A DNA stretch of 64,000 bases, taken from assembly GCA_964291415.2 (NCBI GenBank), contig OZ219917.1, positions 224,001 through 288,000 of the forward strand. Reading direction: 5' to 3'. The DNA is from Alphaproteobacteria bacterium (GTDB taxonomy: Bacteria > Pseudomonadota > Alphaproteobacteria > SP197). Of this stretch, positions 49,645-58,692 are shown in pieces (within the stretch, counting starts at the first letter, position 1; each line of letters starts with the position of its first letter). Below the pieces are notes generated by a model that was not told the origin of the DNA, searched no databases, and saw only the letters and a program-made list of their open reading frames with translations. The position numbers and the translations under genes are program-made.

Positions 49645-50640
49645 CTACGGCAATCTCCGAGTAGCCCTCGGTTCGGCCAGCACGACATTCAACAGAATGG
49701 GCCGGTGATCGGAGCCGATGTCGGGGCCGGCTTCGATATCGAGGATGCGCAGGTCGCGGCTGACGAACGCGTGGTCGATCGGGATGCCGGCGAAACCGAG
49801 CCAGACAGGCCAGGTGGCCCGGGTGTTGAAACCGAAGAGGCGGGTTTGGGAGACGAACGCGCGCAGACCTGTCGACCAAGGAGTCGCATTGAAGTCTCCT
49901 GCCACGAGCTTCGGCGCATCGAGTTGCGCCAGGATGTTACCGGCCATCGCGAGCTGCTGGTTGCGCAGGGCGAGACGCCGCGGCGTCACTGGCGCGAAAG
50001 GATGCAGTCCGGCGACGTGAAGCGTTCCGGAAGGGGTCTCTACACCCACCGTCACCATGACCGGATCCGGCGTCGAAGGAACGCCATCGGCGAGCTCGGT
50101 GACGGCTTCACTCGAGATCGGGTAGCGGCTGTACACGACCATGCCGTACGGATGCTCGCGAGGCTCGAGGACCCGGAACGGGTAATGCGTCATGGCCTCG
50201 GCCATCCTCCCGACATGACGCGTCGTCATCTCCGTTGCCACGACGATATCGGGATCGCTGTTCTCGATCCAAGCGACGAACCTGGCGGTGTCGTCGTTGA
50301 CGACGAGGACGTTGGAGAAAGCGACGCGAAGAGTTCCACCGTCCTTCACGACGCCCCTCGCTTGCGCCTGCGCGGAGACCGTCTCCGTGCGAACGACGTC
50401 CGCGCCCAGCACGACGGCGAGCACCGCGAGGAGGCCGGCGAGGAGGCGATGTCGCGCCACAAGCGACATCGCGGTGCAGACCGCCACACCCAGCGCAATG
50501 TGCGGGCGCCAACTGGCCGCGAGTTCCCCGACAAACCCATCCAGTCCGACCATCGGCGACGCGCAGGACACACCGGCAGCCAGTGCGCCAAGTCCGATCC
50601 CAAGCACGGGCAGAGACGGCCGTTCGCGTCTGCCAGCCAT
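49645..50640 (-). CDS. membrane-anchored endonuclease/exonuclease/phosphatase family protein
   Basis: Three TMs, NV, DIVVATE, AGDFNATPWS, IDH, GSDHRP. Confidence 0.88.
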   Translation of the reverse strand: MAGRRERPSLPVLGIGLGALAAGVSCASPMVGLDGFVGELAASWRPHIALGVAVCTAMSLVARHRLLAGLLAVLAVVLGADVVRTETVSAQAQARGVVKDGGTLRVAFSNVLVVNDDTARFVAWIENSDPDIVVATEMTTRHVGRMAEAMTHYPFRVLEPREHPYGMVVYSRYPISSEAVTELADGVPSTPDPVMVTVGVETPSGTLHVAGLHPFAPVTPRRLALRNQQLAMAGNILAQLDAPKLVAGDFNATPWSTGLRAFVSQTRLFGFNTRATWPVWLGFAGIPIDHAFVSRDLRILDIEAGPDIGSDHRPILLNVVLAEPRATRRLP

Positions 50641-51026
50641 GCGACATTCTCCCGTCGACCTGAAGACCATGCCGCACGATTCCGGCGGAGCGATGTCAGC
50701 GCTGCACTTGCGAGACCGGAGCATTCCTTGCCGTGAAAACAACAGCGCAGAGCCACGGCGGGCCAACGGAACTGCTGCGCTGTCCTCTCGACCCGCCATG
50801 CTCCCGGCAAAAGCCCAGGAAGGTCAGAGTATCGCGGAGGTCGGGGTCGAGTCTTGCGGCGCGGCACTCCAATCCGGCTCCGCGGCATGACCAAGCACCG
50901 TCGGCGCCCCTTCTCAGTCCCCGCTCGATTGCCGTGGATGGCGCTTGCGCTACTTACGCGAGTCCTTTCATGCGGCGTCGACCGCTCCCGAGATGCAGGA
51001 TCGGACCAGCGGTGCCGGGGGAATCG

Positions 51027-51410
51027 TCAGGTGCTGTCGTCGCTGTAGTCGTTGGCCGTCAGCACGACGTAGACCTTGCGCAACGGAGCCTTGACGTTCC
51101 AGGTGCAGGCACAGCCACGCGGCATGACGAAACTGTCCCCGGCCCTGTATGCGGCAACACTGCCGTCATCGTGCGTGACCTCCAGATCTCCTTCGAGAAT
51201 ATGGACGAACTCATCATAGGGCGAAGCCTCGAAGACATGCTCATTGACGTCGCACTCCCAGTAGCCGGCATCGAGCTGACCGGTCTGGTCGGCATAGAAG
51301 CTGCGTCCGCGTTCGTTGGGTTCGCCGGACTTCAGGGCTTCGGGAGCAATGTAGTCCGTGGGTTCGAGGCCGCTCACGTCGCGACCGGGGATTCTGACTG
51401 TGGTGCTCAT
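51027..51410 (-). CDS. cupin domain protein (DUF861/cupin_3)
   Basis: AGYWEC, DEFVHILEG, AGDSFVMPRG, LRKVYV. Confidence 0.88.
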   Translation of the reverse strand: MSTTVRIPGRDVSGLEPTDYIAPEALKSGEPNERGRSFYADQTGQLDAGYWECDVNEHVFEASPYDEFVHILEGDLEVTHDDGSVAAYRAGDSFVMPRGCACTWNVKAPLRKVYVVLTANDYSDDST

Positions 51411-51615
51411 GATACGCTCTCCGGACTCGTCCAGGTTCACCACCGACCATAGAGAACTGGATCCGGTGGCGCACCTTCAATCCGGATCCGGCGGATTCCC
51501 GGGCTGGGACGCGTGCCGGTGTGCCGCAAAGGGACAGATCAGGCGCAACCCCGGGCATGGTGACGACGCATCGCATTGCGCCTATGGTGACCGCGGTGTC
51601 CAGTGGCTCCGCGGC

Positions 51616-53688
51616 ATGACCGAGCACCGTTTGCGTCCCCTTCTCAATCCCCGCTCGATCGCCGTGGTCGGCGCGTCCTCCAATCGCGAGTCCTTCGGCT
51701 GGACATCCTGGCGTGCCGTCCGCGAGATTGGCCATGCCGGCGATCTCTTTCTGGTCAATCCGCGCTACGACGACATCGACGGGGAGCGCTGCTATCCCGA
51801 CATCGCCTCCATCGGCCAGCCGGTCGAGCACGCGATGCTCAATGTCTCCAATCCCCGTCTCGAAAGGGTCTTCGACGAGGCGATCGCCGCCGGCGTGAAG
51901 GCGGTGACGATCTTCGCCTCGTGCTACCTGGCGGACGATGGCGATCCTCCCCTTCTCGAGCGTCTGAAGCGCAAGGCCCGCGAGGCCTCCCTTCTCGTGT
52001 GCGGCGGCAACGGGGCCGGGTTCGTCAACCGCCAGGAAAGGGTGCAGGTCACGCTGGCGGGAAGCCGTTCCAGTCTCGATGTCGGTCCGGTCACGCTGAT
52101 ATCGCAATCGGGCTCCGTCTATCTCGGCATGCTCCAGACTGACGGCCGGCTGGGTTTCAACCTCACGGTCACGTCGGGCCAGGAGATCGCCGTCACGGCG
52201 AGCGACTACATGGACTACGCGCTCGGGCTGGAATCGACGCGGGCGATCGGACTCGTTCTCGAGACCGTTCGCGATGCTGCCGGGTTCCGCGAGGCGGCCG
52301 ACAGGGCCCGGGAACGCGACGTTCCGGTGGTTGCGGTGAAGTTCGCGCGAACGCCGGAGAGCATCCGCATGGCCCGCACCCATTCCGGCGCGCTGGCCGG
52401 CAACGATGCCGCCTACGACGCGGTCTTCCGGCATCACGCCGTGCAGAGGGTCGACGACATCGATGCCCTGATCGCCACGCTGCAGATGGCCGTCCAGCCG
52501 AGGCGGTTCTGGCCGGGCGGCATCGTCGCCCTCACGGATTCAGGCGGCGAGCGGGAGCATCTGGTCGACCTCGCACACCGGCACAAGGTTCCCTTCGCTG
52601 CCATCTCGCAAGCCACGACCCGGCGCATGGAAGCCTGTCTCGATTACGGACTCGAGGCGACCAACCCGGTCGATGCCTGGGGAACCGGGAAGAACTTCGT
52701 GGAAACCTATACCGAATGCTGGGACGCTTTGATGTCGGATCCCGACACGGCCGGCGGCCTGTGGGTCGCCGACATCCGCGATTTCGATGTCTTCCGCAAA
52801 CCCTGCATCGAACCCGCCAGGATGATCGCGGAGCGCACCGGCAAGCCCATGTGCTTCGCCAACTGCGTGCCGGCCGCCGTCGTGCACGAGACGGCACGCG
52901 AACTCGCCGCGGCCGGCATACCGCTGATCGACGGACTCGACGCCGCGGTGACAGCCTTCTCGCGCATGCTGGCCCTGCGTGACCACCGGACCATGCGGCC
53001 GCCCAGTCCGCCACCCGATGCCGTCATCGCTCGCTGGCGCAGTCGCCTGGCCGCAGGCGGCGCCCTCGACGAGGCGGAGGGCCTGGCGCTCGCCCGTGAT
53101 TTCGGGTGCGCGACCACCCAACCGGTCATCGTGGAAACCGCGAGCGACGTGACGGAGGCGGCGGAGAGGTTGGACGGCCCGCTGGTTCTCAAGACGGCCA
53201 TGCCCGGACACCATCACAAGAGCGATGTCGACGGTGTGAGACTGGGGATCGTGGGCAAGACGGCCCTCCTCGATGCCTGGCAGGAGATGGCGTCGCGGCT
53301 GGGTCCCCGAGCCCTTGTCGCGCCCATGGCGCCTCCCGGGGTCGAGATGATGTTCGGTCTCGTTCACGACGAGACCTTCGGACCTCTGGTCCTGGTGGCG
53401 GCAGGCGGTGTCCTCGCCGAGGTCGTCGACGACAGCCTGCTTGCCGTTCCGCCCCTCGATGCGGAAGCGGCGCTCGATCTCATCGATGGATTGAGGGCGG
53501 GGCGCCTGCTCGACGGCGTGCGGGGCAGGCCTGCCAGCGATCGCAGGGCCCTTGCCGCGATGCTGGCCCGCTTTTCGGTGCTTGTTCACTGTCTCGGCGA
53601 CATGATTGCGGAACTCGATCTCAATCCGGTGATCGCCGGAGCCAACGGCGCCATCGCCGTCGATGCCCTCGTCGTGCCGAACGCCTGA
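51616..53688 (+). CDS. acetate--CoA ligase (ADP-forming) family protein
   Basis: PRSIAVVGAS, ISQSG, THSGALAG, HKSDVDGV, ELDLNP. Confidence 0.92.
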   Translation: MTEHRLRPLLNPRSIAVVGASSNRESFGWTSWRAVREIGHAGDLFLVNPRYDDIDGERCYPDIASIGQPVEHAMLNVSNPRLERVFDEAIAAGVKAVTIFASCYLADDGDPPLLERLKRKAREASLLVCGGNGAGFVNRQERVQVTLAGSRSSLDVGPVTLISQSGSVYLGMLQTDGRLGFNLTVTSGQEIAVTASDYMDYALGLESTRAIGLVLETVRDAAGFREAADRARERDVPVVAVKFARTPESIRMARTHSGALAGNDAAYDAVFRHHAVQRVDDIDALIATLQMAVQPRRFWPGGIVALTDSGGEREHLVDLAHRHKVPFAAISQATTRRMEACLDYGLEATNPVDAWGTGKNFVETYTECWDALMSDPDTAGGLWVADIRDFDVFRKPCIEPARMIAERTGKPMCFANCVPAAVVHETARELAAAGIPLIDGLDAAVTAFSRMLALRDHRTMRPPSPPPDAVIARWRSRLAAGGALDEAEGLALARDFGCATTQPVIVETASDVTEAAERLDGPLVLKTAMPGHHHKSDVDGVRLGIVGKTALLDAWQEMASRLGPRALVAPMAPPGVEMMFGLVHDETFGPLVLVAAGGVLAEVVDDSLLAVPPLDAEAALDLIDGLRAGRLLDGVRGRPASDRRALAAMLARFSVLVHCLGDMIAELDLNPVIAGANGAIAVDALVVPNA

Positions 53689-54271
53689 TCGGGCGAGCAT
53701 CAACCGGATCGCCGACTGTCAGGCCGACATGTCGACAATGGCGGCGATGAGCGCCAGCCGCGGCTTCTCCACGGCCGCCCTCCCAGTTCGGACCGGATGG
53801 CGCTGAACAGCCGTTTGGACTGAGCCGGAGCATTGTACCGAGGGCTTCGGCATGTGGCCGCGCGACGAAACCTCCGATTGAGAAGCGCACCTGCACCTTG
53901 AAACGGACCTGATTCTCTCTGCGAACCCCGGCGGCACCAGGAACAAGCCATCCGCCTCTTCGAGATCACAAGAAAAACGTCATGGGTGTCTCGTCGAACG
54001 AGAGGAAGACGATGATCAGTGGACTGCCGAGGATGGCCGGCTAGACGTTGGGTAAAGTGACCAAAAAGAAGGTGTCCGCAAGCCTGACGCCAAGATTTGC
54101 CGAAGCCTCTTCAAAACGTCGACTGAAGCTCTCGTTGTACCCATGGTCAACGAAGGACCATCGTGACGGAAGACGGCGGACCTGGCGTACTCACCAAAAC
54201 GGGTGACGCAACACGCGATCCGCATCAATGCCCATGCATCCGACGGATACGTCACCCGCAAGAAGCACTCA

Positions 54272-54301
54272 TTGACAAGATAACATGCGGAAGTATATCC
54301 T
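54272..54301 (+). promoter_or_regulatory. putative sigma70 promoter of the ABC operon
   Basis: TTGACA, 18 nt, TATCCT in AT-rich DNA upstream of the SBP gene. Confidence 0.5.
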
Positions 54302-54397
54302 AAAATTCCTCTTTGGTACAGAGCTTGATGTTGCTTAGCAGACTCGTTGTTGAGCTTAGCTACGTTTAGTCAGTGTTCTACTCAGGGAGGTAAGACC

Positions 54398-55573
54398 ATG
54401 AAAACCAATAAGTCCGTGCCTGCGTCGACGATCACAGTCTACGACTCAGGCCTCATTCGCCTACGTCAATATGGTCCACTGTCACGTCGATCATTCGGAT
54501 ACAGTCTCGCAGGTGCGGGCGCTGCTGCCATGCTTGGTTTGCCGGGCACAAGTGCTGTGGCTGACGCAAACGTGGCCTACATGGGTTGGCAGGACTACGA
54601 CACCGGACTCAATGTTGACGGTTGGCTCGAGACCAATGGAATAACACTCGAACCGACGTACATTGGCACCAATGAGGAGATTATCGCAGCCGGCACCGCC
54701 GGCGGTGTCGGGACCTTGGATCTTTGTACGCCTGCAGTCATTTACCTCGACATCTATGAACAGGCCGACATACTCGAGCCGCTGGATCTTGGCCGAATTC
54801 CGAATTGGGATCTCTTGTTCCCCGAGCTGCGGGAACTCATCAACGTACGAAGTGACAACACGGTTCTTGCCTTGCCATTCCAGTGGGGCGACGTGCCCCT
54901 GATGTACAACGCGGAAGTCATTACCGAACCACCAGCTTCGTGGAACGATCTCACGAAGCCGGAATATGTCGGAAAGACGGCGTTGGTCTACGACGTTATG
55001 GGCATCATGGTCCATACGCCGATGTTCGTGACGGGCACCAGGACACCTACGTTGCTATCGCATGACGAACTCGATGCCACCATCGACTGGTTGATCAAGT
55101 TCAAGAAGGAGCATGCGCTCACCATTTGCAACACTTACGGTGACCTGGCCGCGCTCTTCGCATCCGGGGAAGTGCTCATCGCACCGGCCTGGACGCCGAC
55201 GGTAACCTGGGCCGGAGCGGATGCCCCCGACCTTAAGTGGGTGGCGCCTGAAGAAGGCATGCTCGTGTTCTCGGATGTCTTCTCGATGTTCAAGGACGCA
55301 CCGAACAAGGACCTGAACTATGAGATCCTGAATCACTCGTTGTCACCGGAGGTGCAGGCCCATACCGCAAACCTCATCATGACGGCCGTGACGGTAGAGG
55401 ACGCCGTGCCCTTGCTCGATGATCTGCCACGCAGCTTGTACAAGTACGACAACATCGCTGAGTGGTTTGAGACGTCGGGTGGACCGTTTCCGGGATGGCC
55501 GCTGGATCCGCCGGAGGGCACGGCGAGTTTCCATGAAATTCTGGAAGGTTGGGAACGGTTCGTAAGCGCCTAG
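54398..55573 (+). CDS. PotD-like ABC substrate-binding protein (Tat signal)
   Basis: SRRSF, LPFQWG, PPASWNDL, PEEG. SD GGGAGG. Confidence 0.88.
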   Translation: MKTNKSVPASTITVYDSGLIRLRQYGPLSRRSFGYSLAGAGAAAMLGLPGTSAVADANVAYMGWQDYDTGLNVDGWLETNGITLEPTYIGTNEEIIAAGTAGGVGTLDLCTPAVIYLDIYEQADILEPLDLGRIPNWDLLFPELRELINVRSDNTVLALPFQWGDVPLMYNAEVITEPPASWNDLTKPEYVGKTALVYDVMGIMVHTPMFVTGTRTPTLLSHDELDATIDWLIKFKKEHALTICNTYGDLAALFASGEVLIAPAWTPTVTWAGADAPDLKWVAPEEGMLVFSDVFSMFKDAPNKDLNYEILNHSLSPEVQAHTANLIMTAVTVEDAVPLLDDLPRSLYKYDNIAEWFETSGGPFPGWPLDPPEGTASFHEILEGWERFVSA

Positions 55574-55693
55574 CTGTTTCCCGAAGAATATCGGGCGGAC
55601 CGGTGCCGCGTCCGCTTGTGATGCTGATGAATCAGGTGCCATGAGGGCGGGGTTCCGTCGCAGGAACGGATCCCCGCGGGGGAGATTTCGAGG

Positions 55694-56755
55694 TTGGGTC
55701 ACCCGCTAGTTCGCCTGGACGGAGTTTCCAAGGCATATGGAGACGTTGTTGCGGTTCGTCCGCTCACTCTCGATATTTTTCGCGGCGACTTCATTGCGAT
55801 TCTTGGACCTTCGGGATGTGGCAAGACAACTCTGTTGAACATGCTGGCAGGCTTTGTCCTTCCCGATAGCGGCCGTATTGAAATTGACGGCAGGGACGTT
55901 TCCCACGTCGGCCCCGACCGGCGGCCCACGAACATGGTGTTTCAGGGTTACGCCCTTTTCCCGCACATGACGGTGCGCCAGAACATTGCCTATGGCCTCC
56001 GCATCCGGAACCACCCGAAGCAGGAAATTGATGAGCGTGTCGGGGAAATGGTCGATCTGGTGCACCTTGGGGGGCTTGAACGGCGGACCGTCACGGAAAT
56101 CTCCGGAGGGCAACAGCAGCGCGTTGCGCTGGCCAGAGCTCTCATAATGCGTCCAGATGTCCTGTTGCTGGACGAACCCCTCGCAGCGCTGGATCTGAAG
56201 CTTCGGAACTCCATGCAACAGGAGCTGCGCCGCATCCACCGATCCATTGGCGGCACGTTCGTGTTTGTGACTCACGATCAGAACGAGGCAATGGGTCTGG
56301 CAAATCGCATTGCGGTCATGAGAGACGGCGTTTTGGTCCAGGAAGGAAGTCCCGAGGAAATCTACTCGACACCCAGGACACAATTTGTCTCGAATTTTGT
56401 CGGTGAAGCGAATGTCTTGCCGGGACGCCGGGCGTCAGGAGTTGTCGTCCTGGACGCCGGAACCGCCTTTCCCTCCAAAGGAACCGACGGGACGGTCGTG
56501 ACCGTCGTCCGCCCCGAGGCGATGTCGCTGACGAAGCCCGACGGTGCTCCGACCGTGGACGGCAACGTCGTGATGCAAGGAATGGTCCGCGATGCGGTCT
56601 TTCTCGGCTCGAGAATGAAGTACGTCGTCGAGGTGCCAGACAACACCATCACAGTCTATGCGCCGCCATCGGGCCGGAGCGATCGCTTCGCGATGGGCAG
56701 CAAGGTTGATGTGGTCTGGAACATGGTCGATCAGCGCGTGCTGGATACCGGATGA
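55694..56755 (+). CDS. PotA-like ABC ATP-binding protein
   Basis: GPSGCGKT, ISGGQQQR, LLLDEP, TOBE domain. Confidence 0.95.
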   Translation: MGHPLVRLDGVSKAYGDVVAVRPLTLDIFRGDFIAILGPSGCGKTTLLNMLAGFVLPDSGRIEIDGRDVSHVGPDRRPTNMVFQGYALFPHMTVRQNIAYGLRIRNHPKQEIDERVGEMVDLVHLGGLERRTVTEISGGQQQRVALARALIMRPDVLLLDEPLAALDLKLRNSMQQELRRIHRSIGGTFVFVTHDQNEAMGLANRIAVMRDGVLVQEGSPEEIYSTPRTQFVSNFVGEANVLPGRRASGVVVLDAGTAFPSKGTDGTVVTVVRPEAMSLTKPDGAPTVDGNVVMQGMVRDAVFLGSRMKYVVEVPDNTITVYAPPSGRSDRFAMGSKVDVVWNMVDQRVLDTG

Positions 56756-57597
56756 GCCCGGCCAGTCGATCTCGAGGGTGGCTGGCCCTGCCCTATCTGA
56801 CAGTGTATCTCCTGGTTTTCGTCGCGCCCCTGCTCTACTTCTTTGTGATCAGCTTCTGGCGTGTGCGTCTGTTCCGTCTGGTGCCCGATGCATCCTTGGC
56901 CAACTATGCAAAGACGCTGCAGGCTCACTCGGTATCCCTCATCTTCACGTTTGAGATCGCGTTCACGATCGCGGTGATCGTCACAGCCTTGGCATTCATC
57001 TTCGCGTACGTGGTCCGTTTCAAGGCGGGAAGGTATGGAACACCGTTGCTCTTTGTCGTCCTGATTGCCCTGTTTGGTGGCTATCTCACCAAGATCTATG
57101 TGTGGAAGACCATCCTCGGACAAGCCGGCGTCATCAATTCGGCATTGGGGCTCCTCGGCATTGTCAACGAGCCGATTACCTTCTTGCTCTACAACCCGGT
57201 TGCCGTTGTCATCACCTTGAGCCATTACACCCTGCCCCTGGCGATCCTTCCCATCTACGGAGCGCTTCGATCCATAGAGGATATGCCTTTGCGAGCCGCT
57301 CGCGATCTGGGGGCGAGTCGATTTCGCGTGGTTTGGGATGTTGTGTTGCCGCAATGCCGCGTCGGCATTCTGATCGCCTTTTCTCTCTCCCTCATTTTCT
57401 CGGCTGGTGATTTCGTGACACCTCTGCTCATCGGCGGCCCCTACACATCCATGATCGGGAAACTGATTCAGCTGCAGTTTGGATTCCATGGCGACGCGGC
57501 GATGGGATCGGCGATGGCTTTTACCGTTATCGGAATGTGCCTGGTTGTGATCCTTGTGATTGGCACGTTGATCTTCTCGGTGTTTCGTGTGCGATGA
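56752..57597 (+). CDS. PotB-like ABC permease
   Basis: TM helices and EAA loop RAARDLGAS. Confidence 0.92.
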   Translation: MSPASRSRGWLALPYLTVYLLVFVAPLLYFFVISFWRVRLFRLVPDASLANYAKTLQAHSVSLIFTFEIAFTIAVIVTALAFIFAYVVRFKAGRYGTPLLFVVLIALFGGYLTKIYVWKTILGQAGVINSALGLLGIVNEPITFLLYNPVAVVITLSHYTLPLAILPIYGALRSIEDMPLRAARDLGASRFRVVWDVVLPQCRVGILIAFSLSLIFSAGDFVTPLLIGGPYTSMIGKLIQLQFGFHGDAAMGSAMAFTVIGMCLVVILVIGTLIFSVFRVR

Positions 57598-58370
57598 GCG
57601 ATCTTCCCACAACGTTCCTTCGATTGTTCGCCGTTGTCATCGTGGTGTTCATGCTCACACCGCTGCTGGTGCTTGTACTATTCTGCTTCAGCGAACGATC
57701 ATTGGTGACCTTTCCCATCACCGGTTTCACTCTTGATTGGTTTGCAAAGCTGTTCGAGAGACCAGCTTTCTGGGACGCGCTACAAAACAGCCTGATCGTC
57801 ACCGGTACGGTGGGGGTCGTATCCACCCTGCTTGGCACAAGCGCAGCCATGGTACTGGCTCGAATCCGCTCCAGATACGTCGGACCAATCATGCTCCTCA
57901 TCATGTTGCCGATCATGTTGCCACCGTTGGTCCTCGGTGTTGCTCTCCTGACCTATTTCAGCACCGTGGAAGTCAGGCTGGGACTGTTCACCGTGATCCT
58001 GGCCCATATCGTGTTTACACAGCCATTTGTGATTCTCATCGTTCAGGCTCGAATGATCGGATTTGACTATAGAATCGTACACAGCGCCCGCGACCTTGGT
58101 GCGTCTCACTTTAAGGCCTTCGTGACGGTGACATTTCCAATCATTCGTCCAACTATCATCGGAGCAGCAATGGTCGCGATGGCTTTGTCGGTGGACGATT
58201 TCATCGTCACGTTCTTCACGATCGGTGGCGGCAATACCTTGCCGACATTTCTGTGGGGAATGCTCAGAATGGGCGTCAACCCGACGATCAACATCGTGGC
58301 GATGCTGATCATGCTCCTGACCGTCATCGTAAGCTTGGTGGCGCTTCGCGTCACGCGGTGGCGTGGCTAG
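57594..58370 (+). CDS. PotC-like ABC permease
   Basis: GFTLDWF, SARDLGAS, SVDDF, TLP. Confidence 0.92.
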   Translation: MSDLPTTFLRLFAVVIVVFMLTPLLVLVLFCFSERSLVTFPITGFTLDWFAKLFERPAFWDALQNSLIVTGTVGVVSTLLGTSAAMVLARIRSRYVGPIMLLIMLPIMLPPLVLGVALLTYFSTVEVRLGLFTVILAHIVFTQPFVILIVQARMIGFDYRIVHSARDLGASHFKAFVTVTFPIIRPTIIGAAMVAMALSVDDFIVTFFTIGGGNTLPTFLWGMLRMGVNPTINIVAMLIMLLTVIVSLVALRVTRWRG

Positions 58371-58399
58371 GGCGATGTCCCGTCAAGCTGGATCTGATC

Positions 58400-58511
58400 C
58401 GGCAGCATGACACCGTTGGGGCGGCCCGGGATTACGGAAGTCTGTGACAGGGAATCCAAGCAGAGGACGTTCGTCAGTTCGTCGATCGCAATCCGTCGGT
58501 TGTCAGCCGGA
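58400..58511 (-). repeat. 112-bp diverged copy of an internal segment (59176-59287) of the Mo-subunit gene
   Basis: Gap-free alignment with 13 mismatches by manual count. Confidence 0.9.
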
Positions 58512-58692
58512 CCGTTCGCCTTACTCCCCAACGAGAACGCTACCACGCGCCTGGTCGACGCAATCCCGTGACCGGGTCCGGTGCCCGTCAATTCCTGGTT
58601 CCGCGGCCGCCAAGGGGCGCAGGCATGCCCCGTTCACATGTTCACTGCGGGCAATCCGCTTGGAAGACCGTGCTCCGTCTCCTTCGGTAGCG

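Noticed and set aside
54110-54160. GYNESF peptide resembling IS3 integrase core
   Set aside because: Only six residues match and the flanks do not.
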